Assembly (NCBI GenBank): GCA_038087875.1
Contig: CM075991.1
Location: 8,186,001 to 8,250,000 of the forward strand
Origin: Malacoraja senta
Taxonomy: Eukaryota
Reading direction: 5' to 3'
Length of the DNA: 64,000 bases
The notes beneath the pieces were generated by a model that saw nothing but the letters and a program-made list of their open reading frames with translations, made no database searches and was not told the origin of the DNA. Positions 11,011-23,057 of this stretch are shown here, piece after piece; the stretch's first letter is position 1, and every line of letters starts with the position of its first letter. Both the position numbers and the translations under genes were made by a program.

Positions 11011-11598
11011 ATTTTAATTACTCTCCCCTCTCTCTCTATTTAAAAAACCCTATGTTGCAAAACACTGCACCTGATCCGGCAATTTTAGCCCGTCAGTTCA
11101 ATTCAGACCCCGTGCAGAATTTTATTAATTTAAAAAAACAAAACACGTTTGACGTTTTTATTGACATTTCTGAAATGCATTGCAGTTTTTTTTTTGGTTT
11201 GCGCTCTTTGCTTCGGCGCAGTTCTGTGCCCAACCACCCCCACCTCAACACAGCCAGACTCATTGACATGGGAACACAAGGGGAGATGACGGCACAGAAA
11301 AAAAACAGGCCCTTCGGCCCACTGAATCCATGCTGGCCACCAACCCACACATCCACTTGCACCAATTTCTACATTGGTCTAATTTTTTTTTTTAAACTCA
11401 CCATATTCCAATCAAATCTCCCCCCCCCCCCACTTCCTACACCCTGGAGGCAATTTACAGTGCCCATTTAATGTGCCAACTGCTGGGATGCGGGGGAAAT
11501 CGGAGCACCCGGGGAAACCCACACGCTCACAGGGAGAACATGCAAACTCCACGCAGACTCTGCCTGAGGTCAGGATTAAACCTGGCTCTTCATAAATT

Positions 11599-11634
11599 CA
11601 GTCTGAAGAAGGGTCTCGACCCGAAACGTCGCCT
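11599..11634 (+). ncRNA. Minimal type I hammerhead ribozyme motif in a Penelope-derived repeat
   Basis: CTGAAGA-A-GGGT(CTCG)ACCC-GAAA-C-GTC at 11603-11630: intact core boxes, helix II, palindromic ACGT helix III and a GUC cleavage triplet. Helix I is only ~2 bp, so activity is uncertain. Confidence 0.55.
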
Positions 11635-14600
11635 ATTCCTTCCCTCCATAGATGCTGCCTCGCCCGCTGAGTTTCTCCAGCATGTTTGGTTTACTTCTTC
11701 ATAAATTCATATGTTCGGAAGTGATAGGAGCAGAATTAGGCCATTCGGCCCATCAAGTCTACTCCGCCATTCAATCATGGCTGGTCTATCTCTCTCTCCT
11801 AACCCATTCTCCTGCCTTCTCCCCGTAACCCCTGACACCCGTACTAATCAAGATCGAACTCTGCCTTAAAAATATCCAATGACTTATCCGCCACAGCCTT
11901 CAGTGGCAATAAATTCCACAGACTCGCCACCCTCTGACTAAAGAACGTCCTCCTCAGCTCCTTCCTAAAAGAACGCCCTTGGTCTCCGGCGCTGTGAGGC
12001 AGCGCTCTACCAGATGCGACACTGCACTGCCAGAGTATTTTCAACTCAACCAGTTCTGTTGCTGAATACGATGCAGTTATTATTTGCTGAGAGTTCGAGG
12101 CAGTCTGATGAAGGGTCTCGACCCGAAACATCACCTAATCCTTTTCTCCAGAGATGCTGCCTGACCCGCCGAGTCACTCCAGCATTTTGTGTCTATCTTT
12201 GGTGTAAACCAGCATCTGCAGTTCCTTCTCACACAGTTATCATTGCATTGCTGCTTGTGAGACGCTTGTGAGACAAATTGATTGAGTCATGACAATAGAC
12301 AACAGGTGCAGGAGTAGGCCATTCAGCCCTTCGAGCCAGCACCGCCATTCAATGTGATCATGGCTGATCATCCCCAATCAGTACCCCGTTCCTGCCTTCT
12401 CCCCATATCCCCTGACTCCGCTAGTTTTAAGAGTCTCCTACATTTTTCAGCAATGATTAAACTGCAAATGCTGTGCCAATGGACATAAGGCCATTGAAAT
12501 CTCCGCGAGGTGCTATATATAAATGGAAATCGTTTATTTTAACAATACATTTTTATTGTACAGGATGTGGCGAGGCCACATTTAGAGTATTGGGTTCAGT
12601 TCTGGGCACCATGTTAGATGAAAGGTGTGGTTAAACTGGAAAGGGCGCAGAGATGATTCACGAGGATGTTGCCAGGACTCGAGGGCCAGAGCCACAGGGA
12701 GAGGTTGAGCAGGCTTTGGCTCTATTCCTTGGAGTGAAGGAAGATGAGGGGGGATCTTATAGAGGTGTGTAAGATCATGAAAGGAATAGATAGGATAGGT
12801 AGAGGCGCTGTTGTGCCTCTACCTATGTTGTGATAGTACCAGCCTCACCTACCCTCTCCGGCAGCTCGTTCCATACACCCACCACCCTTTGTTATTTAAA
12901 ATTTGCCCCTCAGGTGAAAATGCCACAGGTAAAAATGTTGCCCCTCATTTTAGTTGTTGTTGTTGGTAGAACTCTAACCTTCCCTCGGTGGGGATTTGCT
13001 CAGCTAAAATAACACATTAATAAATTTGCAATCTATCAATTAAATCAATAAAGGCAGGCCATTCTACAGCTATGTGGGTGCCACATAGCTCCTGCACTGC
13101 CTTGTGGGAGTTGGAGTGTTTGTATGCTTACACCAGAGGAAGTGACAGAGGCACGAGACAAACTAGAGCTCCCAGCAAGCAGCTGCCTGGCACCAGAGTT
13201 TCCTTGTAGTTCCTGATATTAGCTGACGTAATGACCCGAGCCGGTCATAGCTCACACACACCCTCTTTGACACAGCGCATTTTAAAGGGCCAATGTCCAC
13301 AACCCAATCCATGTTTCTTCACAGATAGAGTGGATGTTTCCACTAGTGGGAGAGTCTAGGACCAGAGGTCGTAGCCACAGAATTAAAGGACGTTCCCTTA
13401 GGAAGGAGATGAGGAGGAATTTCTTTAGTCAGATGCTGGTGAATCTGTGGAATTCATTGCCACAGAAGGCTGTGGAGGTCAAGTTAAGGGATATTTCTAC
13501 GGCAGAGATAGATAGACTCTTAGACACAAAAAGCTGGAGTAACTCAGCGGACGGGCAGCATCTCTGGAGGGAAGGAATGGGTCGAGACCCTTCTTCATTA
13601 GATTCTTGATAAGTACGGATGTCAGGGATTATGGGGAGAAGGCAGGAGAATGGGGTTAAGAAGGAGAGATAGATCAGCCATGATTGAATGGCGGAGTAGA
13701 CTTGATGGCCTAATTCGGCTCCTAGAACTTATGGACAAAGCAAACATTGATCAAGTTCATTTGAAGCATTGCTCCTTACTAACGCTACCTAGATCATTGT
13801 TATCATGCCTTTGTTTGTGGGATCTAGAATTCCTTCATCGCAGTGGTGTCCCCACTTTAAAAAGTGAACCAAAGCCATTAAATACATGATTTATAAAGGG
13901 AGGTGCAGCGACGCAGCGGTAAAACTGTAAGCCTGGGTTCAGTCCTGACTACAAGCGCTGTCAGTGTGGAGTTTGCACGTTCTCCCTGTGACCGCATGGG
14001 TTCTCCGGATGCTCCAGTTTCCTTCCACACCCCAAAGACGTATAGGTTTGTAGGATAGTTGGCCTCTGTAAATTGCCCCTAGTGTGTATGAAATAGAATT
14101 AGTTGGTCAGCATAGACTCAGTGGGCCAAAGGGCCTCTTTCCATATCATATCTCCTCTACGTTCTAACCTCTATACGTATTCTTTCTTTCCTAAATTGGC
14201 AGTAAATATATATCGGGCGGCGCAGTGTCGCAGCTGCTAGAAGTACTACCTCACAACAGATATCCAGGTTCGATCCTCAACTCGGGTGCTGTCTGTGTGG
14301 AGTTGGCAGGTTTTCCTTGTGACCGCGTGGGTTTCCTCTGGGTGCTTTGGGTTCCTCCCCGTCCCAAAGGCGTGCGGGTCTGTAGGTTAATTGACTCTGT
14401 AAATTGTAGGGAGCGGATGAGAAAGTGGGATATAGAACTAGTGTGAAATGGGTGATCAGTGATTGGTGTGGTCTCCGTGACTGAAGGACTCAGTCACCGT
14501 ATATTCGAGATTTTAATAGGAACCTGAGGGGTAAAATTTTCACACAGAGGGTGGTAGCTGTATGGAACGAGCTGCCGGAGGAGGTAGTCGAGGCAGGTGC

Positions 14601-14759
14601 TATCACAACATTTAAGAAACATTTGAACAGGTACATGGATAGAACAGGTTTAAAGGGATATGGGCCAAAGGTACATAGTTGGGACTAGTGTAGATGGGAC
14701 ACGTTGGTCGGTGTGGGCAAGTTGGGTCAAAGGGCATATTTCCACGCTGTATGATTTAA

Positions 14760-15072
14760 GTTTTAGTATTAGGGATACAGCACGGAAACAGGCCCTTCGG
14801 CCCACCGGGTCCTCGCCGACCAGCGATCCCGCACATTAACACTATCCTACACCCACTACGGACAGTTTTTACGTTTACCAAGCCAATTACCTACAAACCT
14901 GTACGACTTTGGAATGTGGGAGGAACCGAAGATCCGGGGAAAACCCACGCGGGTCACAAGGAGATCGTACAAACTCCGTACAGACAGCACCCGCAGTCGG
15001 GATCAAACCCAGGTCTCCGGCGCTGCATTCGCTGTAAGGCAGCAACTCTACCGCAGCGCCATCGTGACTGCC
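14760..15072 (-). mobile_element. HE1-type V-SINE
   Basis: Reverse complement of the 3583-3915 family, full length. Confidence 0.85.
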
Positions 15073-17014
15073 CTTATTTAATTAGATTTTATGACTTTAA
15101 ATAAAGAGATTACAAATTCTGGGATTACAAGAATTTACTGATAATGCCAAAATACTCCTTAAAGGATTGAAGAAACTGTACGCATTACAACCGAAAATGA
15201 ATCTCTAAATATGCAGCTTTGATTGAACTGACTGATTAAAAAAAACATGTAATATTCATTTTCAAATGCTCTTAATAGCTAAATCAAATACCCTTTAATG
15301 GACCAGAAGAGGGATATGGGCCAAACGCAGGCAGGTGGGACTAGTGTAGATGGGACATGTTGGTCGGTGTGGGCAAGTTAGGCCAAGGGCCAAATTCCAT
15401 GTCGTTTTCTTAGTTTAATTTAGAGATACAGCGTGGAAACAGGCCCTTTGGCCCACACTGGCCAGTGATCCCCGCATGTTAAAACTATCGTACACAAACC
15501 AGGGACAATTTTACAGTTATATTGAGCCAATTAACCTACAAACCTGTACGTCTTTGGAGTGTGGGAGGAAACTGAAGATCTTGGAGAAAACCCACGCAGG
15601 TCACGGGAGAACGTACAAACTCCCTACAGATCCTGGAGCTGGCACGAGGGAGCAGGCGTTAAAAGGCTGACGCATGCTTCTATCTTTTGTTCCCTACCAG
15701 AACATGTCTTATTTATTTGGCAGTATAAGCAGCAAATAGTTGTCACTGAACCAGCAAACAGATGTCCAGATCAATGTTCTGCAGTCATAATTCAAATGTT
15801 AGCCTGGAATGTAATTTGTTAAATTTTATTAAGTTTTTAAAAAGCCCATAATTAATGGTGACCGCGAAGGCCCATACTCTTCACCCTCTCTTGTTTGGAC
15901 ATCCCTTCCAAGCCAGGAATTACCTTGGGGAATCTCCTTTGGACTGCCTCGAACACTTCTATGTGTGGGAAGGAACTGCAGATGCTGGTTTAAACTGAAG
16001 GTAGACACAAAATGGTGGACTAACTCAGCGGGGCAGACAGCATTTCTGGAGAGAAGGAATGGGTGATGTTTCGGGTCGAGACCCTTCTTCTGTCGCAACA
16101 TGAAACGTCATCCATTCCTGCTCTCCAGAGATGCTGTCTGTCCCACTGAGTTACTCCACCATTTTGTGTCTATCTCCAACACTTTTGTGTTCCATTTTAG
16201 GTAAAGTGGCCACAACTGTGCACAATATTGCAGGAATGTCCTCACCAACATTCCTCGCAAGTTCAACCAAACCTATAAACTCTGACCATTTTCCAATAGA
16301 AACCAAAATACCAATTGCCTTCTTAACTACTTGTTGGATCTGCCTGAATTACTTGTGATTGATGCATTAGTTCACCTGGGGCCCTCTGAACCTCACTCAT
16401 TTGCACAGTCCCCCTTCATTTAAGCCACTGTTTGTTTCACCTTCCCGAAGTGCGGAATCTTACGTTTAAGACCATTTGCCAGTGTTTCACCCAATCATTA
16501 AATCTCAGGTTCATAATGTCCTCACCATAACATTCATCTGCGTTCATTTTTGTATCATCAGTAAGCTTGAGAAGCCTTACTTACATTTTGTTCCATCCTT
16601 CCAGACATTAACTGCTCCCTGGTACCCTGGTATATATATATATGTGTGTGTGTGGGAAAGAATTGCAGATACTGTTTTTAATCGAAGGTAGACACAAAAC
16701 ACTGGAGTAACTCAGCAGGACAGGCATATATAAGTCTGCAAAGTTTGCTGCGAATGACTGAAGAAAATCTCATAAGAATATTGATTCTAAGAGAAAATGT
16801 ATATAATATAAGGGTCTGAAGAATGTTGCCTATTTCCTTCGCTCCATAGATGCTGCCTCACCCGCTCAGTTTCTCCAGCATTTTTGTCTACCTTCGATGT
16901 TCCAGCATTTGCAGTTCCTTCTTAAATATAATATAAAACAGCTATGTTTATGTGAATATATATACACACACGCACACACACATATATGTGTATATATTTT
17001 AAAAAAATGTTTGA

Positions 17015-17935
17015 ATGCTATTTATTGCCATTCAAACCAAGGCTTGAACGAAATTTCATTACTACAGTTTTTTACATTACAAAAAAAAACAAGACCCACA
17101 CTTAACACAGTTTACATAAACATCCATCACAGTGAGTCTCCAACACCTCCTCACTGTGATGGAAGGCAAAGTCTTATCTCTTCCCTTTTATTCTTCACCC
17201 GCGGTCCAACAGTAGCGTCTAGGCGAACTGGGGCTCCGGTGTTAAAGCCCCCGGCGGACGATGGTAAGTCCTGTGGCCATTTAGCCACGCCGGGCGATGC
17301 CAGGCCCCGGCTCCGTGTCCTTTAAACCCCGCGGTCCAACTGCAGCGTCTAGGCGAACTGGGGCTCCGATGTTAGAGCCCCCTGCGGGCGACGGTAAGTC
17401 CCGTGGCCGCTAACCCGCGCCGGGCGATGTTAGGCCTCGCTCCGTGTCCTCCAAACCCCGCGATTCCAGCGGGAGAAGTTGCCGTTGCGGGAGCTCCGAA
17501 AAGCCGTCTCCCACCAGGGACCTGGAGCTCCCGATGTTCCTGTCCACCGGGCCCGCAGCCGGAGCTTCCGAAACTCCAAAGTCGGGTCGCAGCCGAGCGC
17601 CACCACAGCTCTCCCCGCTCCAAAGCCGGCCAGCTCCGCGATGTCAGGTCCCAGGCTCCGCGACTGGAGCCCTCAGGCTGGTCCCGGCCGGAGGCCGCCG
17701 CCGGCTCCACGATGTTAGGCCCAACGACATCGGAGATCCGACAGGGAAAAAGTTGGGTCCCCGTACAGGGAAGAGACTAACGGTTTCCCCAACATCCCCC
17801 CCTCCACCCCCCACATATACACAGCTAAAAAATAATAAAAACTAAGCTCAAGACATACATTTAACAAGACAAAAATTTAAAAAAAGACGGACGACTGTAG
17901 TCGAGCCGCTGCCGTTAGGCTCCACCACACCCACA
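17015..17935 (-). mobile_element. GC-rich non-autonomous retroposon with Rex-like tail and an internal 130-bp tandem duplication
   Basis: Reverse complement is homologous to 32418-33036; duplicated units start at 17198 and 17328; AATAAA tail at ~17021. Confidence 0.75.
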
Positions 17936-18267
17936 TTATGCACACACATACAAATATGCACACACATACATATATAATATATATGTACATTCTTCTGTTG
18001 CAACTGTAAACTCCTACCTCTCCAGGGACTAACTTTACTGAACCAATTTACTGTTGTGTGGTGTTTTTTTAAAATTGCTGTTTTGTTCCTTTTTCTTCCC
18101 TCCCTCCCTCCCTCCAACAAATATGTGAGGTGAATATGTGATTCTGTTTGTAGTTTGTTTTTTGCACAATTCGCAAGCATCGCCACTTTTCATTTCATTG
18201 CACATCTCGTATGTGTATGTGATAAATAAACTTGACTTGACTTGACATATATATACACTTTATGTGA

Positions 18268-18300
<33 letters not shown>

Positions 18301-19322
18301 TGTATATATGTGTATACAGTATATATTCACGAACATTTATAGCTGTGTTTAATATATGTGCTTCTTTCAGAATCAATTTTCTAATGAGATTTCCAGTCAT
18401 TTGCAGGAAGCTTTAGCAGATTTCTATCCTGCCACCCTGCCCTTGCCACTTTAAATGCCCTACTTTTCTATTTAACGTTCCGCTTCACTGACCTCCTTTG
18501 CCGACCAGATTGTGCCCCTCTCTCATGCAATCCTTCTTTTTAATTGGGATAAATTCCAGCCAAGCATTATCGTCCGGATTTTTTTCATCCGGATATCTGC
18601 CACTGTTGGTCGACCGGCCTGTCTCTTGGCTTATTGTTTCCAGTCCACCTCAGACAACGCCACCTTTATCCCATTATAATTGCCCTTATTTCAGTTGAAG
18701 ACTGACTGGGAAAACTACCAGCTGAGCACACACCAGGTTAACCTGGCATAGGTACTGCATTGAAATGAGTCAAGAAATACACTGCCAGAATATTTACTGA
18801 AACTTTAAAAAATATATTTAATTTGGTTAAGTCACATTAAATATTTATATTAAAATGTATGAAATATTAGTATATTATTCAATTTTAATTAAAAAGTGTT
18901 CTAAAATAGTTAATTGATTTATTTTAAACAGGTCCTGAATGATTGCACATGTTTGTAAAAAGAGTGTTAAAATGCAGAGTTTTGCCTGGGAAATTGGGAG
19001 CGGTTTAGGTCCTGACCTTGTTTTGTTGGCCTTCAATTTTGTTCCTTCCTCTCAGTAACTTAGCTCAATGACCAGCCTTGACTTGCAAAACCTTGCTTGA
19101 GCCCTCATGGTTAGACTCAATGGTAATCCTGGTTCAAACTCAATGCCGTCGTTGTTCGGTCCTCTTTCCAACATGCATCACTCGATAGTACACACTAACT
19201 GGGTTATTTGCTTATATTTCAGGATTACAGCAAACATGTCTGAGACCGGGCTGGGCATTAAACTAGATGCCTAGAGAGGCACTTGGGCGGTAGTATGGCA
19301 CCGCGGTAGAGTTGCTGCCTTA

Positions 19323-19607
19323 AGCCCCTGTCCCACGATGCGAGTTTACCCAAGAGCTTTCCCGAGTTTAAAAAAAAAATCAAACTCGTGGTACTTCATC
19401 ACGAGTATTATTTTACTCTTGGAAATTTTTCACACTGTTGAAAAAACTTACGAGTTTCCGCGTTTCCCGAGTACCTGTCGTTAGCGTTACGAGCCGCTAC
19501 GAGACATCCACGAGCTCCGACGTACCCGCTACGTACTTACCACGAGTTTGATTATTTTTTTAACTCGGGAGAGCTCTTGGGTAAACTCACATAGTCGGAC
19601 AGGGCCT
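19323..19607. mobile_element. PIF/Harbinger-type MITE (family B) inserted in a SINE head
   Basis: Long TIRs (CCCTGTCCCAC..GAGTTTACCCAAGAGCT..CCCGAGTT); TTA duplicated at 19320-19322 and 19608-19610, splitting SINE sequence GCTGCC-TTA-yAGCGCCAG. Confidence 0.85.
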
Positions 19608-20356
19608 TTATAGCGCCAGGGATCCTGGTTCGATTCTGACTATAGGTGCTCCCCATACGTTCTCCCCGTGACCTGCATGGGTTCTCTCCGGAAGCTCCAG
19701 TTTCCTACCACACTCCAAAGACGTACAGATTTATAGGCTACTTAGCTTGGTAAAAGTGTAAATTGTCACGAGTGTGTGTAGACTGCTGGTTGGCGAGGAC
19801 TCGGGGGGCCTGTTTCCACGCTGTATCTCCAAACTACACTAAACTAAATAAATTAATAGAATATTTAAACACTATAATCCACTGGTACGTCACCGGATCA
19901 AACCAGTAGACCTTAGCACTTGTAACCTCATCTGTAAGATGAGCCTTCAGCTTCCTACACTACAAAGATTAAAGTTCTAGCCTATCCAATCTCTCCCTAT
20001 AGCTCAAGCTGAGTCCTGGCAATATCCTTGTAAATCATCTTTGCACCCATTCCAGATTAATGGCATCTTTCCCACAGCAGGGTGACCAAAGCAGAACACA
20101 ATACTCAAAGTGCAGGTTCACCTTGTACAAGTGAAACATAATGTCCCAGCAACCATACTCAGTTTCTTAACTGATGAAGGACGATGTGCCAAAAGCATTT
20201 CTAACTGTGCCACCACATTCATGGAATCATGTACTTGCACTCCTAGATCCTTAGCTGGATGAAACTCCCCAGGGCCCTATTGTTCACCGCGAAATCCTGC
20301 GCTGGCTAGATGTCCCAAAATACAACACCTCACACTTTGACTGATAGAGCATGGAA

Positions 20357-20782
20357 CCTCTCCGTGGATTGTCACCTTGACGTGGTGGAGAAGCTTGTGA
20401 GGACCTGAGATCCTGAGAGCGATGCCGTCTGGAGCTATGCTCCTGGCAGGGCCACCCATGGCGGTAAGGTCAAGGGGGAGGTCTCTGACAAAGAGCAATC
20501 CAACCACGGTGGAACAGGCGGAGGACGATGGCTGACCTTAGTGGAGCGTCACAACGGCTGGGAAGGCGGATGAAGGCTGCAGCAGAAAAGGGTCTCCGGT
20601 CGTCTTGGACTCCATGCCACTGGATCCTGACCCAGATCTGTCAAGGACCGTGGGGTGGCTGTCTGTGCACCAGTCTCCCCATGTTAAACAAAGTCACGCA
20701 CAGGCGTCCTTCATATAGGGAATAGCACCCTGGGTACACCCATGGTCAGCCATGAACGAAGGGGGGCTAAGAAAGAAGAAAT
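20357..20782 (+). mobile_element. Bipartite RTE-derived non-autonomous retroposon
   Basis: The 5' part resembles the recalled BovB/Sauria-SINE RTE 5' UTR (CACCTTGACGTGGTGGAGAAGCTTG..AGGGCCACCCA..GGTCA..TCTGACAAA). 8-bp TSD gcatggaa at 20349-20356 and 20783-20790; GAA-rich tail. Confidence 0.7.
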
Positions 20783-21270
20783 GCATGGAAACAGGCCCTT
20801 CTGCCTACTTACACCATCGATAACACTAGTTCTGTTATCCCACTTTTGCCTCTACTCCCCACATACCAGGGGCAATTTAATGAAGCCAATTAACCTACAA
20901 ACCTGAAGATAGGACACAAAACGCAGCGGGACAGGCAGATAGAAGGAATGGGTGACGTTTTTGGGTCGAGACCCTGCTACACACCGTACAAACCCGCACG
21001 TCTTTGGGATGTGGGAAGAAACCCGGAGCTCCCAGAGGAAACCCATGCGGTCACAGGGAGAACGTGCAAACTCCACACAGACAGCACCCGAGGTCAGGAT
21101 CGAACCGGGGCCTCTGGCGCTGCGAGGCAGTGGCTCTACCAGCTGTGACACGGTGTAAAGAGAGATAAAGAAGAAAGAGTGTGCGACTGTTAATGTTTTA
21201 GAAATATCCCAAATTAATTTGCTTGACTGGTTAAAATGGAGCAGAAGGACAATCAATTCAGAGATGGCAT

Positions 21271-21276
21271 TTTATT
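21271..21276 (-). terminator. Polyadenylation signal AATAAA of the MARCHF5-like gene
   Basis: tttatt on the + strand at the end of the AU-rich block. Confidence 0.55.
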
Positions 21277-22035
21277 CAATTAAACCTCCAGAATCCTTAT
21301 TTTTCACCAGCTATATTATTCCAAACAGCTTTATATAAATAAAAAATAAACACATTTTACAGCAATTATGGTCATTGTCATGGCAGCATGCAAAAGAAAT
21401 GTAATTAAAAATAAATTTTCTACAGATAAAAAGAAATGAAGATTCTGTAAATTTGTGAAACTGTAATATTCTGCTTTTAAAATGTACATAAAATGATCTT
21501 GGTTTTTACGCTGCACAATTTTAGCGTGGTGCTCGCGGGCGAGGTTGAAAGTGCTGTTCCAGCACACAAGGTCAGTCGATGCAAGATCCTTGCCTGATGC
21601 AAGGATCTTGGAGCTATCCGCATGGTAGCCAATGTACTGAGCACAGATTGTGAACAGGTTTGTGAAGCTCTGGTTCATTGCCAACTTTAACTGTGCTCCT
21701 GCCTCATTTCTGTTCTCGGTTTTGACCCGAGATATCACAATGTGCGGGAAAAAAATTCAGAGTCTGAACTTCCAACACAACCCGGCAGCTGAGCGGAGCC
21801 ACGGGTAGACTCCCCAGTTCTTCGCTCTTGGGGCAAGTTTGCAACCCGACGGGGCACCAAATTTGAACGACTGCCTATCTGAACGACTGTGGGTATATGA
21901 CTGAGCTTCGGCACGAGGGGTGGAAAACGATAGGATTATCCTGCTTTTAATACAGCCAGAGACAAAGGGCCTTGTTGCAGTAAAAAAGGTATTACACAGA
22001 CACACACAACCTCGAGCAAGAATGTTTCCACCTGC

Positions 22036-22340
22036 ATGTTTCCACTAGTGGGAGAGTCTAGGATCAGAGCATACAGCCTCAGAATACCAGGACAAACCTT
22101 TGGGAAGGAGACAAGGAATTTCTTTAGTCAAAGGGCGGTGAATCTGTGGAATTCATTGCCACTGAAGGCTGTGGCGGCCAAGTCATTGGATATTTTTAAG
22201 ACAGAGATCGATCTCGATTAGTATGGTGTCATTGGTTATGGGGAGAAGCCAGGAGAATGGGTTAGGAGAGAGAGATAGATCAGCCATGATTGAATGGCGG
22301 AATGGGCTTGATGGGCCGAATGGCCTAATTTTGCTCCACC
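22036..22340 (+). mobile_element. CR1 3' fragment inside the MARCHF5-like 3' UTR (antisense)
   Basis: MFPLVGESRIRAYSLRI..NFFSQRAVNLWNSLP. Confidence 0.85.
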
Positions 22341-22712
22341 AAATTATGAACAAGGACCAACAAGGACTTGGGGAAAGTAGGTTAGGGAGAGCGGCTGAGA
22401 GCTTGAGCTGGATACTGCTCGGGGGTGACGTCAGGAAGTTGTTTCGTGGCATTAGCCCAAAGTAGTCCCCTAGCTACTAAATCATAATACGAGCAATCGA
22501 AGGAGAAACCAGCAGTTTAAAAAGTATCTGTCCAACAACAAGCTGACGGGGTGACTGAACTCCACTGGGCTGGTTGCAGACACCAGTGAATGTGGCCACA
22601 GCGCACGCCCGACGCAAGTGGGGTAATGTCAAATGCCAATTCCAGCAATCACGAGAGTGGGACGTAAACCGGGTCTGCGTCGTTCCTGACAACCAATCTC
22701 TCGCTCTCTCTT

Positions 22713-22871
22713 CTAGTCACTTCCCGAGTCTTCGTAGGCCTCCTGCGTATCCTCCTGTTCCTCTTCCCTCTCGGGGTAGTTGAGAATGCGGCGATTGGCT
22801 TGGATGAGGTACTGCTGTTGCCGGAAGTAAACCTTTAAAGCCCCTTTGATAGCGACAAAGGCAATCCCTCC
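22713..22871 (-). CDS. MARCHF5: MARCHF5-like, last coding exon (not shown in this frame by the ORF track)
   Basis: ttgcag|GGA GGG ATT...; encodes GGIAFVAIKGALKVYFRQQQYLIQANRRILNYPEREEEQEDTQEAYEDSGSD* (TAG 22715-22713) versus recalled human GGIAFVAIKGAFKVYFKQQQYLRQAHRKILNYPEQEEA. Phase 0 fits the preceding exon. Confidence 0.95.
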   Translation of the reverse strand, partial: GGIAFVAIKGALKVYFRQQQYLIQANRRILNYPEREEEQEDTQEAYEDSGSD

Positions 22872-23057
22872 CTGCAACGAGAATAATTACAACTAAACAA
22901 GGCCAAGCAGGTGAATGATGCTCTGAAGATTTAAACAACATCGGCAGTGACGACTCTTCCCTTAAGATATTTCCCTTCAGATTATTTCCTTTTTTCCCCC
23001 ATGCTGCCAACCCTTCTGTCCCACTGGAATTGTCAGATATTACAGCACAGCAGTCTT

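Larger units (their letters stand above)
21250..22712 (-). other. Putative 3' UTR of the MARCHF5-like gene (~1.45 kb, containing an antisense CR1 fragment)
   Basis: Mostly unique sequence after the stop codon that becomes AU-rich and ends at a minus-strand AATAAA (21276-21271), followed by a pyrimidine-rich tract. Confidence 0.6.
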
